Shown piece by piece: positions 9,798 through 18,824 of a stretch of DNA of 64,000 nucleotides. A program made the translations under genes and the position numbers. Every line of letters begins with the position of its first letter. Positions within the stretch are counted from its first letter, which is position 1. Origin of the DNA: a virus. Taxonomy: Duplodnaviria > Caudoviricetes. The notes beneath the pieces are model-generated. The model did not search any database. It saw only the letters and a list, made by a program, of their open reading frames with translations, and was not told the DNA's origin. Location: the IMG/VR virus record IMGVR_UViG_3300016744_000001; one strand, given 5' to 3'.

Positions 9798-10112
9798 ATG
9801 TCTTTACCAACCAGACAAGAAATCATTGACATGACTACTCAATTTGAGCAAATCCGTGACAGTGTAACCTACAAATCTGGTCAAACAAAACCAGTAATCG
9901 ACAAGCATACTCACACCGTAACTTTCCCGGAGAGGGTGACACTTACTTCGCTGCAAGCTGGGGTGAAACAACTTGAGAGTTATTACTCTCAAAACTGCAA
10001 TTGTTTAACCAACCCACAATGTTGCCAGACTTGTCAAATCTGTCAGGTGTGTCAAAGCTGTCAAAGTTGTGAAAGTGGTTGGTGTGAAAATAACTGTTTG
10101 CAGTGCAACTGA
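9798..10112 (+). CDS. Cys-rich small protein 2, putative radical SAM substrate
   Basis: 104 aa, AGGAGG RBS; 12 Cys (NCNC..CCQTCQICQVCQSCQSC..); paralog of 9520-9789. Confidence 0.85.
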   Translation: MSLPTRQEIIDMTTQFEQIRDSVTYKSGQTKPVIDKHTHTVTFPERVTLTSLQAGVKQLESYYSQNCNCLTNPQCCQTCQICQVCQSCQSCESGWCENNCLQCN

Positions 10113-10124
10113 TAGGAGACCATC

Positions 10125-10964
10125 ATGCTCAAGATATACTCCCTGGCTGTTGATCAGACAAGAAAGTTCTCAATTGATCTGGTGGACAACCAACTTTCTG
10201 TAAAAGTCATTGATGACTCAACCAACGGGATCGTCAATGAGTGCTCTCCCACCTTGATCGAGTCTTACCACTCTTATGGACTGTTTAGTGGCAACTTCGT
10301 TGAACGAGTGCCCAGCACAATTTTCAAAGAGTTGGATCAGGTGATCCATGCCGGATCACTCAAACTCGTGAACTATCTCCGCCTTGGTTATGGCCCACGG
10401 GAATCGTTCATGGGGATTGCTGACTTTTGGTCACACAACCCACTTGGTCAAGTTGACACTGGTTTGTACACCGACCAAGAAAAGGACATTGTGATCACTG
10501 TCTTTGGTGGTTGGAATCCGGATAGTATCGTCAATAGCTCGATCCCATACGAAGTCCGCACCCCACTGCCGGCAGACACATTTCACTCGCATAAATCCAA
10601 TGCCCGTTGGACGCTTTGGGATCGATATGCGGTCGGAATCAATGGCTTGGAATACTGGGCAGACCAAAACGGTATTCGAAAAGACACCAATGCAGAAACA
10701 ATTGCAATTCCAACAAAGGAATGTTTGGAGTTTAATCTCCAGAAGTATACCTCTGATTGGTCAACAAAGCTTGAACGCCCAGTCGACTGTAATGAACTAA
10801 CGCTTGAAACCACTTGTGGTCTTTTGCGCACAACCAGAGTCCCGTTGGTTGAAGGCAAAGCAAAATTCCACCTGTACCCGTTTGGTCATCTTGGTGAATT
10901 CAAAATCAAGGTTGGCTGGCGATGGTACCCTGTTTGGGATGAATACAAGTTCACGTTAATTTAA
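10125..10964 (+). CDS. radical SAM cassette accessory protein A1
   Basis: C-terminal ELTLETTCGLLRTTRVPL..GKAKF...G...KIKVGWRW matches the C-terminus of 16481-17482. Confidence 0.75.
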   Translation: MLKIYSLAVDQTRKFSIDLVDNQLSVKVIDDSTNGIVNECSPTLIESYHSYGLFSGNFVERVPSTIFKELDQVIHAGSLKLVNYLRLGYGPRESFMGIADFWSHNPLGQVDTGLYTDQEKDIVITVFGGWNPDSIVNSSIPYEVRTPLPADTFHSHKSNARWTLWDRYAVGINGLEYWADQNGIRKDTNAETIAIPTKECLEFNLQKYTSDWSTKLERPVDCNELTLETTCGLLRTTRVPLVEGKAKFHLYPFGHLGEFKIKVGWRWYPVWDEYKFTLI

Positions 10965-10968
10965 ATAT

Positions 10969-11000
10969 AGTAGTGAGAAGGTGTTTGCCTTCTCACTACT
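10969..11000. terminator. hairpin between accessory gene and first rSAM gene (cassette 1)
   Basis: agtagtgagaaggt-gttt-gccttctcactact. Confidence 0.65.
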
Positions 11001-11018
11001 GCAAATAAGGATTAAACC

Positions 11019-12098
11019 ATGAACAATCTGCTTTCTATCCCTGCTGTCAGAACTATCTTTCTGATGCTTGGACCTAAATGTAATCTGTCTTGCAAGTATT
11101 GCTTGCAGTCTTTAGATACGACTCCGGTTAAGCTCAACCCCGACATTTTTCCATTCATTGAAAAGATTGCTGAAGCAAACCCAGAAACACCAGTACACCT
11201 CCAATTTTTTGGAGGTGAGCCTTTGCTTCACTGGGATTCGGTAATCAAGGAAACACTAGATCATTTCGAAGGTGTTGAGAACATCCAGTTTTCCATGATC
11301 ACCAACGGTGTTGGTCTTACTCAAGAAATCGTGGATACCTGCAACCAGCGAAATGTTAGCATCTGTGTGTCGTGGGATGGGCCAAACACACAAGAACTTC
11401 GTGGGTTTGATGTTCTGAATTCTGAAAAACACCGAATATTGTTGTTGCAAGTTATTCGGCTTAGTTTGTCAGCTGTCGTCACATCCGAGTCATATCCAGT
11501 AGAGATCATCGATGCTGCGATGCCATTCGTTCTTGATTACCATGCTGCTACTGGAAATCACTGCTCGATCAACTTTGACACCATCTTTCAATCGAAAGAC
11601 CCCGAGCTTGAAAAGCTTGATCTCTCAAGATTGTACAACGATAATCAGATCTTGTGTGCCGAACTGAAAAAACGGTTGCTGAACCAAGAACACAACCCGT
11701 ACTACGCTCATCACGCTGATCAGATCTTTGGGATGTTGACCAAGTCAATTAAAAACGACACCGACTTCTTGTACAGTACCTGTGCATGTGAAAATGGGTA
11801 TGCTGTGCTCAACCTTGGAATTGACGGTACACTGTATCAGTGTCACAATGTGGCCACCGTACTCGGGAATATTTACTCCGGTTACCTTCCGTATATGAAG
11901 GCGGTGATCCGCAATGATCCTACGAAAACTAGGGTGGTTGAGACTTGTCAGCATTGCCCAGTTGTTGCAATGTGCAAAGGGGGATGCATGCTTGTTCCAG
12001 CTGACCAAATCAACGGTAATTACTGTGGAATCAAACGAGCGATGTTTCTTCCGTTCATTGAGCTTCTATTGTCCTTTGACAAGGATACTCCAAAATGA
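11019..12098 (+). CDS. radical SAM/SPASM domain protein
   Basis: CNLSCKYC, FFGGEPLL, ITNG, SWDG; SPASM Cys CAC...YQC...CQHCPVVAMCKGGC...C. Confidence 0.95.
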   Translation: MNNLLSIPAVRTIFLMLGPKCNLSCKYCLQSLDTTPVKLNPDIFPFIEKIAEANPETPVHLQFFGGEPLLHWDSVIKETLDHFEGVENIQFSMITNGVGLTQEIVDTCNQRNVSICVSWDGPNTQELRGFDVLNSEKHRILLLQVIRLSLSAVVTSESYPVEIIDAAMPFVLDYHAATGNHCSINFDTIFQSKDPELEKLDLSRLYNDNQILCAELKKRLLNQEHNPYYAHHADQIFGMLTKSIKNDTDFLYSTCACENGYAVLNLGIDGTLYQCHNVATVLGNIYSGYLPYMKAVIRNDPTKTRVVETCQHCPVVAMCKGGCMLVPADQINGNYCGIKRAMFLPFIELLLSFDKDTPK

Positions 12099-13057
12099 AA
12101 TCACTCACCATCCATTTAGGTAGCCAGTGCAACGCCGCTTGTGAGTACTGTCACTGTGAAAAAAATGGTCATCTTGAACCCGATGCTGAAGCATTAGCCG
12201 TCAGGATTAATGAACTTCCAGAACATTCCAGAGTGAAGTTTCTTGGTGGTGAACCATTGGTCTACTGGGACACAATCGAATACCTCCAAAAGAAGTTTCG
12301 TTTGAAGTATCAGTGGTCAGTTGGTACAAATGGTATCCTTCTTGACAAGTATCTTGACAAGTTGAAACGATTTCAAACTCAGATTTGTATCTCTTATGAC
12401 GGCAGCAGCTCTCTGCGAAAAATGCCGGTCAACTGGGATATCCTTTACCAGCTATCTGAATTGTGGTTGAGTTATACGGTGATGAACACCAATTGTGATG
12501 TGCTCAAAGAGATGACATTCATCGATGAGATCTCTAAAGAATACGTCACTCCTATCTGGTGCATTCCTCACTTCATGCATGCCTTGGTCCAAGAGCATCA
12601 ACCCTTTGTCATTACCGATCAGCAGCTTGATCAACTGATCGCTGATTGTCAGCTGGCAATTGACTACTTTGTTGATGCCGCCCCAACAAGTGTTCCAATG
12701 TCCAAGTACTTTGGAATCTATTTGTGGATTGCATCAAAAGTTCACCAGAACAATTTTTCCTTTGGTGAGACGACTTGCTTTAACAACAATCTGATCAAGA
12801 TCAACAATCAAGGGCAGTTGGTTTCTTGTTTGTACGATCAAAGCTTACACCTTTCTGACATCAATTGGTTTGATGTTCAAAAAGCTGAACTCCGCGAGCA
12901 TCAACCAAAATGTCAAACCTGTTTGGTGTATCGCTACTGTGGAGCAGCTTGTTACAAAAGCAAGTTCTCGGATCATGAATGTCAATTTTACAAAACCATG
13001 ATTCCATGGTTCGTGAGGAAGTATGGCCATAGACCACTTATTCGTCTTTGCCGATAG
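12095..13057 (+). CDS. radical SAM/SPASM domain protein
   Basis: CNAACEYC, GGEPL, TNG, SYDG; SPASM C...VSC...CQTCLVYRYCGAAC...C; ATGA overlap with the upstream gene. Confidence 0.93.
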   Translation: MKSLTIHLGSQCNAACEYCHCEKNGHLEPDAEALAVRINELPEHSRVKFLGGEPLVYWDTIEYLQKKFRLKYQWSVGTNGILLDKYLDKLKRFQTQICISYDGSSSLRKMPVNWDILYQLSELWLSYTVMNTNCDVLKEMTFIDEISKEYVTPIWCIPHFMHALVQEHQPFVITDQQLDQLIADCQLAIDYFVDAAPTSVPMSKYFGIYLWIASKVHQNNFSFGETTCFNNNLIKINNQGQLVSCLYDQSLHLSDINWFDVQKAELREHQPKCQTCLVYRYCGAACYKSKFSDHECQFYKTMIPWFVRKYGHRPLIRLCR

Positions 13058-13685
13058 CATCCAACTCCCGTGTAAACTGATCGTTGAGCGGGCCAATGGT
13101 GTCTATCAGTTCAAGTTGGACTTCTTGGATCAGGTAGTGGAGGTATCTCCAGAACTTCTAGAACAAAACTCTACTGTTGGTATCATGTACAACGCTGAGC
13201 TTCAAAAGCTTTACCCGTTGTACAACCTTCGAGAAGTCGCCAGCTTCATCGGTTGCAACTCAAAGCAACTGTGCCCTCAACTTGGGCAGAATTGCTTTGC
13301 TCAGATTGACAAGAAGTCTGATGAAGTCACGTTCATTAAGATCTTCTTGCCTCAGAGCCAACTGACGTGGCAGTCTGCCACGATTGACCGGAACACTCTG
13401 ACGATGGTTCAACTTGATCAGCTCACAGCAATTGATCAAGAATTCCAGCATGTCTGGGAAATCATTGATGTTTCGGTGATCAGTGATCGTCTTCTCGTCT
13501 CTATTGATTTCCATCGGAAGTATCCTGAACCAGTATTCCTTTTCTACGGTGGATTGTCACAAGAGTTGCATGAAGGGGTGCAACAGCTCTCGTTCCCATT
13601 CTTGAAAGGGAACAACCTTCACATCCGGTTTGACCGTACCAGGTTTTCGACTTGGCAGTATTCTGTGGACAGCAATATTAAATGA
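13023..13685 (+). CDS. hypothetical protein (last gene of cassette 1)
   Basis: 220 aa, GAGG RBS, overlaps the rSAM stop, followed by a hairpin. Confidence 0.7.
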   Translation: MAIDHLFVFADSIQLPCKLIVERANGVYQFKLDFLDQVVEVSPELLEQNSTVGIMYNAELQKLYPLYNLREVASFIGCNSKQLCPQLGQNCFAQIDKKSDEVTFIKIFLPQSQLTWQSATIDRNTLTMVQLDQLTAIDQEFQHVWEIIDVSVISDRLLVSIDFHRKYPEPVFLFYGGLSQELHEGVQQLSFPFLKGNNLHIRFDRTRFSTWQYSVDSNIK

Positions 13686-13768
13686 ACAGCACCTTTCCTA
13701 CTCTCCTTTCTTAAGGAGAGTATGGATGGTAGTATGCATTACAGATATCTTTCTTAAGGAGAAAGTCC

Positions 13769-14530
13769 ATGGCTGATATGACTGCAACAATCCCTGTCAA
13801 ACCAACAGTGTTTCCGGAACCATTTGCCAATTCTGGCGATACCACACAGCTCCCTCAGACAACCACCACTCCCGGCAAAGCATCGTTCGATGCTGGTTTC
13901 CCTGAGGAATGCTCCAAACCTCTGGCGGATGGTGGTCTCCCTCCCAGTCGTATTGACTTCAACTCAATTTTCAAATTGATCACGGAGTGGTTGCATTACT
14001 TCCAGTCTGGTGGCCAGGTCACCTACAATCAGGACCTGAACTATATCACTCCTGCTCTGGTGTTCTACAACGGCACAGGATACGAATGCACTGCCGACAA
14101 TGGTCCTGCAGTTGCTGGCATCGGTATCAAAATTCCTGGTGCTGTGGGCAGTGAAACTTTCTGGAAGCCTGCTTCAGGTGAGCTGAACATCAACCACTTT
14201 GGCAACAATGCGAACTCATACCTTTTGACAGGTTACTACTATATTGAGGACGCATACGCCACGCTGAACTTCCCAGTCATCGGTTCTGGTGGGTTCTTGA
14301 CCGTGTCACGTCGTGACAACAATCTGGATCAGGCATTCGTACTGAGGACAGACGCAACCAAACTGTATCGCCGCAATTCGACAGACGGTGGTACCACTTG
14401 GTCAACTTGGACAAAGGTCGTCCACACGACTGACATTCGTGGCGACGCCTACTGCCAGCGTTTCATCACCATGTCTGATCCAGACCATGCGATCGGTAAT
14501 GACAACGACCTGTGGATTGTGTACCGGTAA
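13769..14530 (+). CDS. tail fibre protein
   Basis: N-terminal PFANSGD..LP...GKASFDAGFP..CSKPLADGGLPPSRIDFNSIF (myovirus fibre attachment domain) plus pyocin-knob-like segment (GYYY...GFLTV...LYRR...WSTWTK). Confidence 0.85.
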   Translation: MADMTATIPVKPTVFPEPFANSGDTTQLPQTTTTPGKASFDAGFPEECSKPLADGGLPPSRIDFNSIFKLITEWLHYFQSGGQVTYNQDLNYITPALVFYNGTGYECTADNGPAVAGIGIKIPGAVGSETFWKPASGELNINHFGNNANSYLLTGYYYIEDAYATLNFPVIGSGGFLTVSRRDNNLDQAFVLRTDATKLYRRNSTDGGTTWSTWTKVVHTTDIRGDAYCQRFITMSDPDHAIGNDNDLWIVYR

Positions 14531-14553
14531 TTTTTACCCCCAAGGAAATCATC

Positions 14554-15612
14554 ATGACAGACTGCGTACTTTACTGGAATGGTTCTGGTGGCAAAGTTGT
14601 CTCACAGGGTATCCTGTTTGAGATCAGCACCAAACCTGACCTGGGTTTCGAGTACGAAACCCTGAGCTACGAACCATCCATGAACTTTGCCCACTACACG
14701 TTGGCAACCAAGGATGAAAACAACCTCAGCACCATCCTGAAAGTTGATCTTTCAGAAGCTGAACTCGTCAAGGTTCAGAATTTCTGCAATGTCTTCATTG
14801 ATACTGCAGACTACGAAGTGGCCGCCTACAACACCGATCGAGTGTTCGTTGGTGTGATCATGAAGTCCTTGGCGATTGAAAAGAACCTGAAGTACTCAAT
14901 CACCGAGCGGCCGCCCATGCCGATGGCGAAGTTCAACGAAACCACCGGCAAATGGGAACCCATCTTTGTGGCCTTCAAAGAAGATGGTTTTCCGCTGTTC
15001 AACGTCACCAAACTGTCAGACGACATGGTGATGTTCTTCACTGAAACCGAATGGAAGGCACTGCCCACTCAGCCTTCTTACCGGTACTCACTGGATTTTG
15101 CGACATTGACTTGGATGGACAAACGTGATCTTGTCCGTGTCAAGAATGATGCCCTCATGACACTGCGGGTGTACTACGAACATCAGGACATTCGTGCGAA
15201 TGCTGGTTTCCGCACACCCAAGGAAATGATCCAGTGGAACATCCAGTACAATGAAGCCAAGGCGTTTACCGCCGATTCCAAGGTCAGCACTCCTTTCCTT
15301 GACGGCTTCCTGTCCAAGAATCCTCAGAGCACCAAAGAAGAACTGTGCGCTAAGATTCTTGAAGACTACACTGACGAAGCCCTGTTTGTGGCCGGCGCCG
15401 ATCATGGTGAGATGTACAACTACGTCTACCGGATCAAATCTGCCACCACCAATGTGGCAGTTGACGCCATCGTTGACGAGGTCAATGCCAAACTGCAGAA
15501 GTACAAAGTGGTCAACTACAACCAGGCGTATCCTTCTGCTCCGGCCAAAGAAGGCGAAGAAACTCTTGTAGTTGTCGGAGGTACCATCAACCATGGCGTC
15601 GGCAGTCTATAA
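14554..15612 (+). CDS. tail fibre assembly/chaperone-like protein
   Basis: Follows the fibre gene; E..QW..QY.EAKAF......TPFLD......KEELCAKIL resembles fibre-assembly proteins; start at ATG 14554. Confidence 0.65.
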   Translation: MTDCVLYWNGSGGKVVSQGILFEISTKPDLGFEYETLSYEPSMNFAHYTLATKDENNLSTILKVDLSEAELVKVQNFCNVFIDTADYEVAAYNTDRVFVGVIMKSLAIEKNLKYSITERPPMPMAKFNETTGKWEPIFVAFKEDGFPLFNVTKLSDDMVMFFTETEWKALPTQPSYRYSLDFATLTWMDKRDLVRVKNDALMTLRVYYEHQDIRANAGFRTPKEMIQWNIQYNEAKAFTADSKVSTPFLDGFLSKNPQSTKEELCAKILEDYTDEALFVAGADHGEMYNYVYRIKSATTNVAVDAIVDEVNAKLQKYKVVNYNQAYPSAPAKEGEETLVVVGGTINHGVGSL

Positions 15613-15940
15613 AGTACAGGTGCGGGCCCAAGGTGCTTATCGTGGGTGTGTGCCTTTTGTGAAGGTTGCTGGTAAATACATCAATCCCAAAGCTATTTAC
15701 GTGAAAGTGAATGGTCTTTGGCGCGCAGCTTATGACAACTTTTACTGGTCGTACTACTGGATGACTGGTAACTGGTCTGGTTGTGCATGCGTCGGCAACT
15801 GCAGTAGCCGAGCAGTTTGGTGCAATTACTATCCGGAAATGCTCACCATGCCTGACAGCTATTGCTCGACGTCTGGTGACAAGCCTGCCACTGTTCAGTG
15901 GTGCAATTGTAATTGTGCGTGTGCCTGCTGTTGTGACTGA
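15593..15940 (+). CDS. Cys-rich fibre-associated protein with TSP1-like module and CxC tail
   Basis: GGAGG RBS before ATG 15593; VKVAGKY...IYVKVNGLWR fibre-type repeat, WMTGNWSGC..C..RAVWC...DSYC..KP..QWC, tail CNCNCACACCCD. Confidence 0.8.
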   Translation: MASAVYKVQVRAQGAYRGCVPFVKVAGKYINPKAIYVKVNGLWRAAYDNFYWSYYWMTGNWSGCACVGNCSSRAVWCNYYPEMLTMPDSYCSTSGDKPATVQWCNCNCACACCCD

Positions 15941-15989
15941 GGTTGCGACTAATTAGCAATTCAATTGCCAGTAAATAACAGACCTTTAT

Positions 15990-16023
15990 ACAGAGTACCC
16001 ACCTTTTAAGGTGGGTACTCTGT
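15990..16023. terminator. hairpin after Cys-rich gene (cassette 2)
   Basis: acagagtacccacctt-tt-aaggtgggtactctgt. Confidence 0.7.
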
Positions 16024-16086
16024 CAATGATTAATCTTGTTATCTATAAAGATGGTACCAATCTAAAACAATTTCATGGAGTGCAAC

Positions 16087-16488
16087 ATGAGTAACGAAGA
16101 TACCAAATCTGAGGCAGAACGTTTTTCTCTTCCCAGTCAGTTTGTGATGGAAGAGGATACTGAACAGTATCGTCTCAAAACCGATAAAGTGTACACCTAT
16201 CATCGTGATGGTGAACTGGTGATCCAAATCGACTTCAGTGACTTTGCCATCAACAAAGACGACATCGACCGCCTGGGTGAAGAAGCCGTAATCAACCAAA
16301 TCCAGCAGGATGCGCTGGTGTTGGCGATGAAGCTGACTGGTGGGCTGAAACCAGGAGATGTTGAAAAACTGAACAATGAAGAAGTACGGGTTCTTACCGA
16401 AACTGAGATCGAAGACGCCACTGCGTTCATTGCCAGTCATCAGCAGTTCATGAGCGACCCCCAACAAACGGAGACCCCCAATGGGTAA
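16087..16488 (+). CDS. acidic hypothetical protein
   Basis: GGAG RBS; overlaps the start of 16481. Confidence 0.7.
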   Translation: MSNEDTKSEAERFSLPSQFVMEEDTEQYRLKTDKVYTYHRDGELVIQIDFSDFAINKDDIDRLGEEAVINQIQQDALVLAMKLTGGLKPGDVEKLNNEEVRVLTETEIEDATAFIASHQQFMSDPQQTETPNG

Positions 16489-17482
16489 ACCAACCTTGTT
16501 TATCATCCGGAAAGAGATGGACATCCTTCGTCCGTTTGTTATTCGAGTTACCCGTGAGGAAGACCTTCTTCAGGTAGAGTACCTTTACCGCACCATGGTC
16601 AAAGGTGAGCAGAAGGACTTCTTGGTTCTCGGGTATCGGCTTACTCGTGAGTTCCTTGAGAAGCGCAATGACTGGAAAGACAACACCCAATTTGGCATGC
16701 ATCTCAAGGACTATGACATCTCTTACATGCACAGCTGTGTCAGGATCATCCAACAGTTCGTTGACTCTGGATTGTCGTATGCCGATGTCTGCGCTGCAGT
16801 CAGTGCTCACATGCCCAGATTCAACACAATCAACCGCAACGGATACCTGATCAACATCAGTGCCGCCAGCTACATCGGTAAAGTTTCTTCCGTGGAAGCT
16901 CATGTGTTGATCCCTGCTTACCGGGTGATCAACTGGGTACAGAAACTGAAGAGCACCAAGTTCACGGAATGCTGTGTCAACTTGGCAGCTGACCCTGCTT
17001 GCACCGTAGAAGTGATCACTGGTGATCGGACGCAGGACATCTGCAACAGCAGTGAGATCTACAAAGATCTCATCCACAAGGATGAAGCGATCAAACAGCA
17101 GGTTTGGCGTCCCAAACTCAAACTCACCCAGCAGCCAAAACGGTATCCGATCGTCAACAACTTCCCCAGTCGCACTCACTCACTGTTGCGCACGGATCTG
17201 GTTGTCGAAGATTTCACCGGCGTGGTCTTTCCTGATGAATCAGTCACATTTGACGTGCAATTGGTTCGGGAGTGGTACGGTGATGAAATCCACTCCCCGG
17301 CTGAAATCTATCTGGAATGCGTCAATGGTTACTTGCCGAAGACACGTATCCGGTTGGATGAAAACGGTCATGGTACTTTCCGGTTCATTTCCCTTGGTCT
17401 TGAGAAGGGTGACATCATGAAGGTCAAAGCTGGTTTCAGGTTCATGACAAACTCTGCTGAAGCGGATATCGCAATCATCTAA
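16481..17482 (+). CDS. radical SAM cassette accessory protein A2
   Basis: C-terminal EIYLECVNGYLPKTRIRL..GHGTF...G...KVKAGFRF homologous to 10125-10964. Confidence 0.75.
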   Translation: MGKPTLFIIRKEMDILRPFVIRVTREEDLLQVEYLYRTMVKGEQKDFLVLGYRLTREFLEKRNDWKDNTQFGMHLKDYDISYMHSCVRIIQQFVDSGLSYADVCAAVSAHMPRFNTINRNGYLINISAASYIGKVSSVEAHVLIPAYRVINWVQKLKSTKFTECCVNLAADPACTVEVITGDRTQDICNSSEIYKDLIHKDEAIKQQVWRPKLKLTQQPKRYPIVNNFPSRTHSLLRTDLVVEDFTGVVFPDESVTFDVQLVREWYGDEIHSPAEIYLECVNGYLPKTRIRLDENGHGTFRFISLGLEKGDIMKVKAGFRFMTNSAEADIAII

Positions 17483-17493
17483 CAGTCATTCTC

Positions 17494-17523
17494 ACAGAGT
17501 CAGGGAGTACTCCCTGACTCTGT
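17494..17523. terminator. perfect palindrome between accessory gene and rSAM genes (cassette 2)
   Basis: acagagtcagggagt|actccctgactctgt. Confidence 0.7.
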
Positions 17524-17580
17524 ATATCTACTGCATTATTTATGCATCGGTTACACCAAAAATAAACCTGAGGAACAGAT

Positions 17581-18819
17581 ATGTTAAGTCTAGTCTTCAA
17601 TGACAAATCGCTTGAGAAATTCAAGATCGACTTCAATCCGTACACCATGAAGTTTGGTCAGGATGTCCAAGATATCAAACCGCTGATGACTGTGCAAACA
17701 AAGATCCACAGCAAGTCACCAAAAGTGCTCAAAATCATGCTTGGTGACGCTTGCAACTTTCGCTGTAAGTATTGCCGTCAAGATCATCATGGTCGGAAAG
17801 ATTCTTTCAATCCGGCACGATTAGCAGCATTCATGCAGATGCTCACGAACAACCTGTCACTGCATCAGCTTGAACGTGTGGAGTACTGGGGCGGTGAACC
17901 CCTCTTGTATTGGGATGAAATCCGGTACTTGATGGACAGAATCGAGACACACGTAAAACGGCCCGTAACGCACCATATAACGACGAATGGCAGTTTGCTG
18001 ACCAATGACATCGTTTCAGACATAAAGTCGCTTAAATACCTCTTTAAGCTCTCTCACGATGGTCCTGGGCAAAGTCTTCGCACGGCAGATCCATTGAAGC
18101 TGCATGAAAGCAAGATCATGGATCTGTACACCCACATGAAGACGGCTGAAGGAAGCAAGTTTCACATCAACTCGGTGCTGACCAAATTGTGTCCGTCACC
18201 TTTCACGATTGTGGATTTCTTCCGAAAGAGGTTTGACAACGATGTCTCGATCATGAAGATCGAACCAGTCATCCCGTACAATGATGATGCGTTGTCTTAC
18301 GCGATCAATCCAGCAGACATGCCGAAGTTCTCATTCCAGATCGCCAACGACATCATCCGTGGGGATATCGTCAGAAGTGTTGTGGAATACCAACAGCTGT
18401 GGGATGCTTTCGTTTTGATGGAAGCTGCCCCTGACTACATCTACAACATGACTGAAGCCAAATGTCATGGGTCACAGTTGATGACTATCTGCACTGATCT
18501 CGATGGTAACCTCACCCCTTGTCAGGTGTATGACAACTACACTCCTGATCAAGTCATCGGCCATCTGACCAAGCTGGATGACATCAAGGAAGAACTTCCT
18601 TATGCTCCGATCAATCGCGCCGGTCGTTGCACCAACTGCCCTGTGATCTCACTGTGCCGTGGGGTATGCCCACACATTGCTCCTGGTCAGCATGCTGACA
18701 CCAACTGTCTGATGCGGTACAACACGTACCTGGGTATCCTTACTGCGTTCCTGTTTTTCAAGACTCAGAAATTCTTGATTCAAGTTAACGGGGACTATTA
18801 CCACAACCAACAAAGGTAG
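17581..18819 (+). CDS. radical SAM/SPASM domain protein
   Basis: CNFRCKYC, YWGGEPLL, TTNG, SHDGPGQ; SPASM C...PC...CTNCPVISLCRGVC...C. Confidence 0.95.
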   Translation: MLSLVFNDKSLEKFKIDFNPYTMKFGQDVQDIKPLMTVQTKIHSKSPKVLKIMLGDACNFRCKYCRQDHHGRKDSFNPARLAAFMQMLTNNLSLHQLERVEYWGGEPLLYWDEIRYLMDRIETHVKRPVTHHITTNGSLLTNDIVSDIKSLKYLFKLSHDGPGQSLRTADPLKLHESKIMDLYTHMKTAEGSKFHINSVLTKLCPSPFTIVDFFRKRFDNDVSIMKIEPVIPYNDDALSYAINPADMPKFSFQIANDIIRGDIVRSVVEYQQLWDAFVLMEAAPDYIYNMTEAKCHGSQLMTICTDLDGNLTPCQVYDNYTPDQVIGHLTKLDDIKEELPYAPINRAGRCTNCPVISLCRGVCPHIAPGQHADTNCLMRYNTYLGILTAFLFFKTQKFLIQVNGDYYHNQQR

Positions 18820-18824
18820 TTCAC

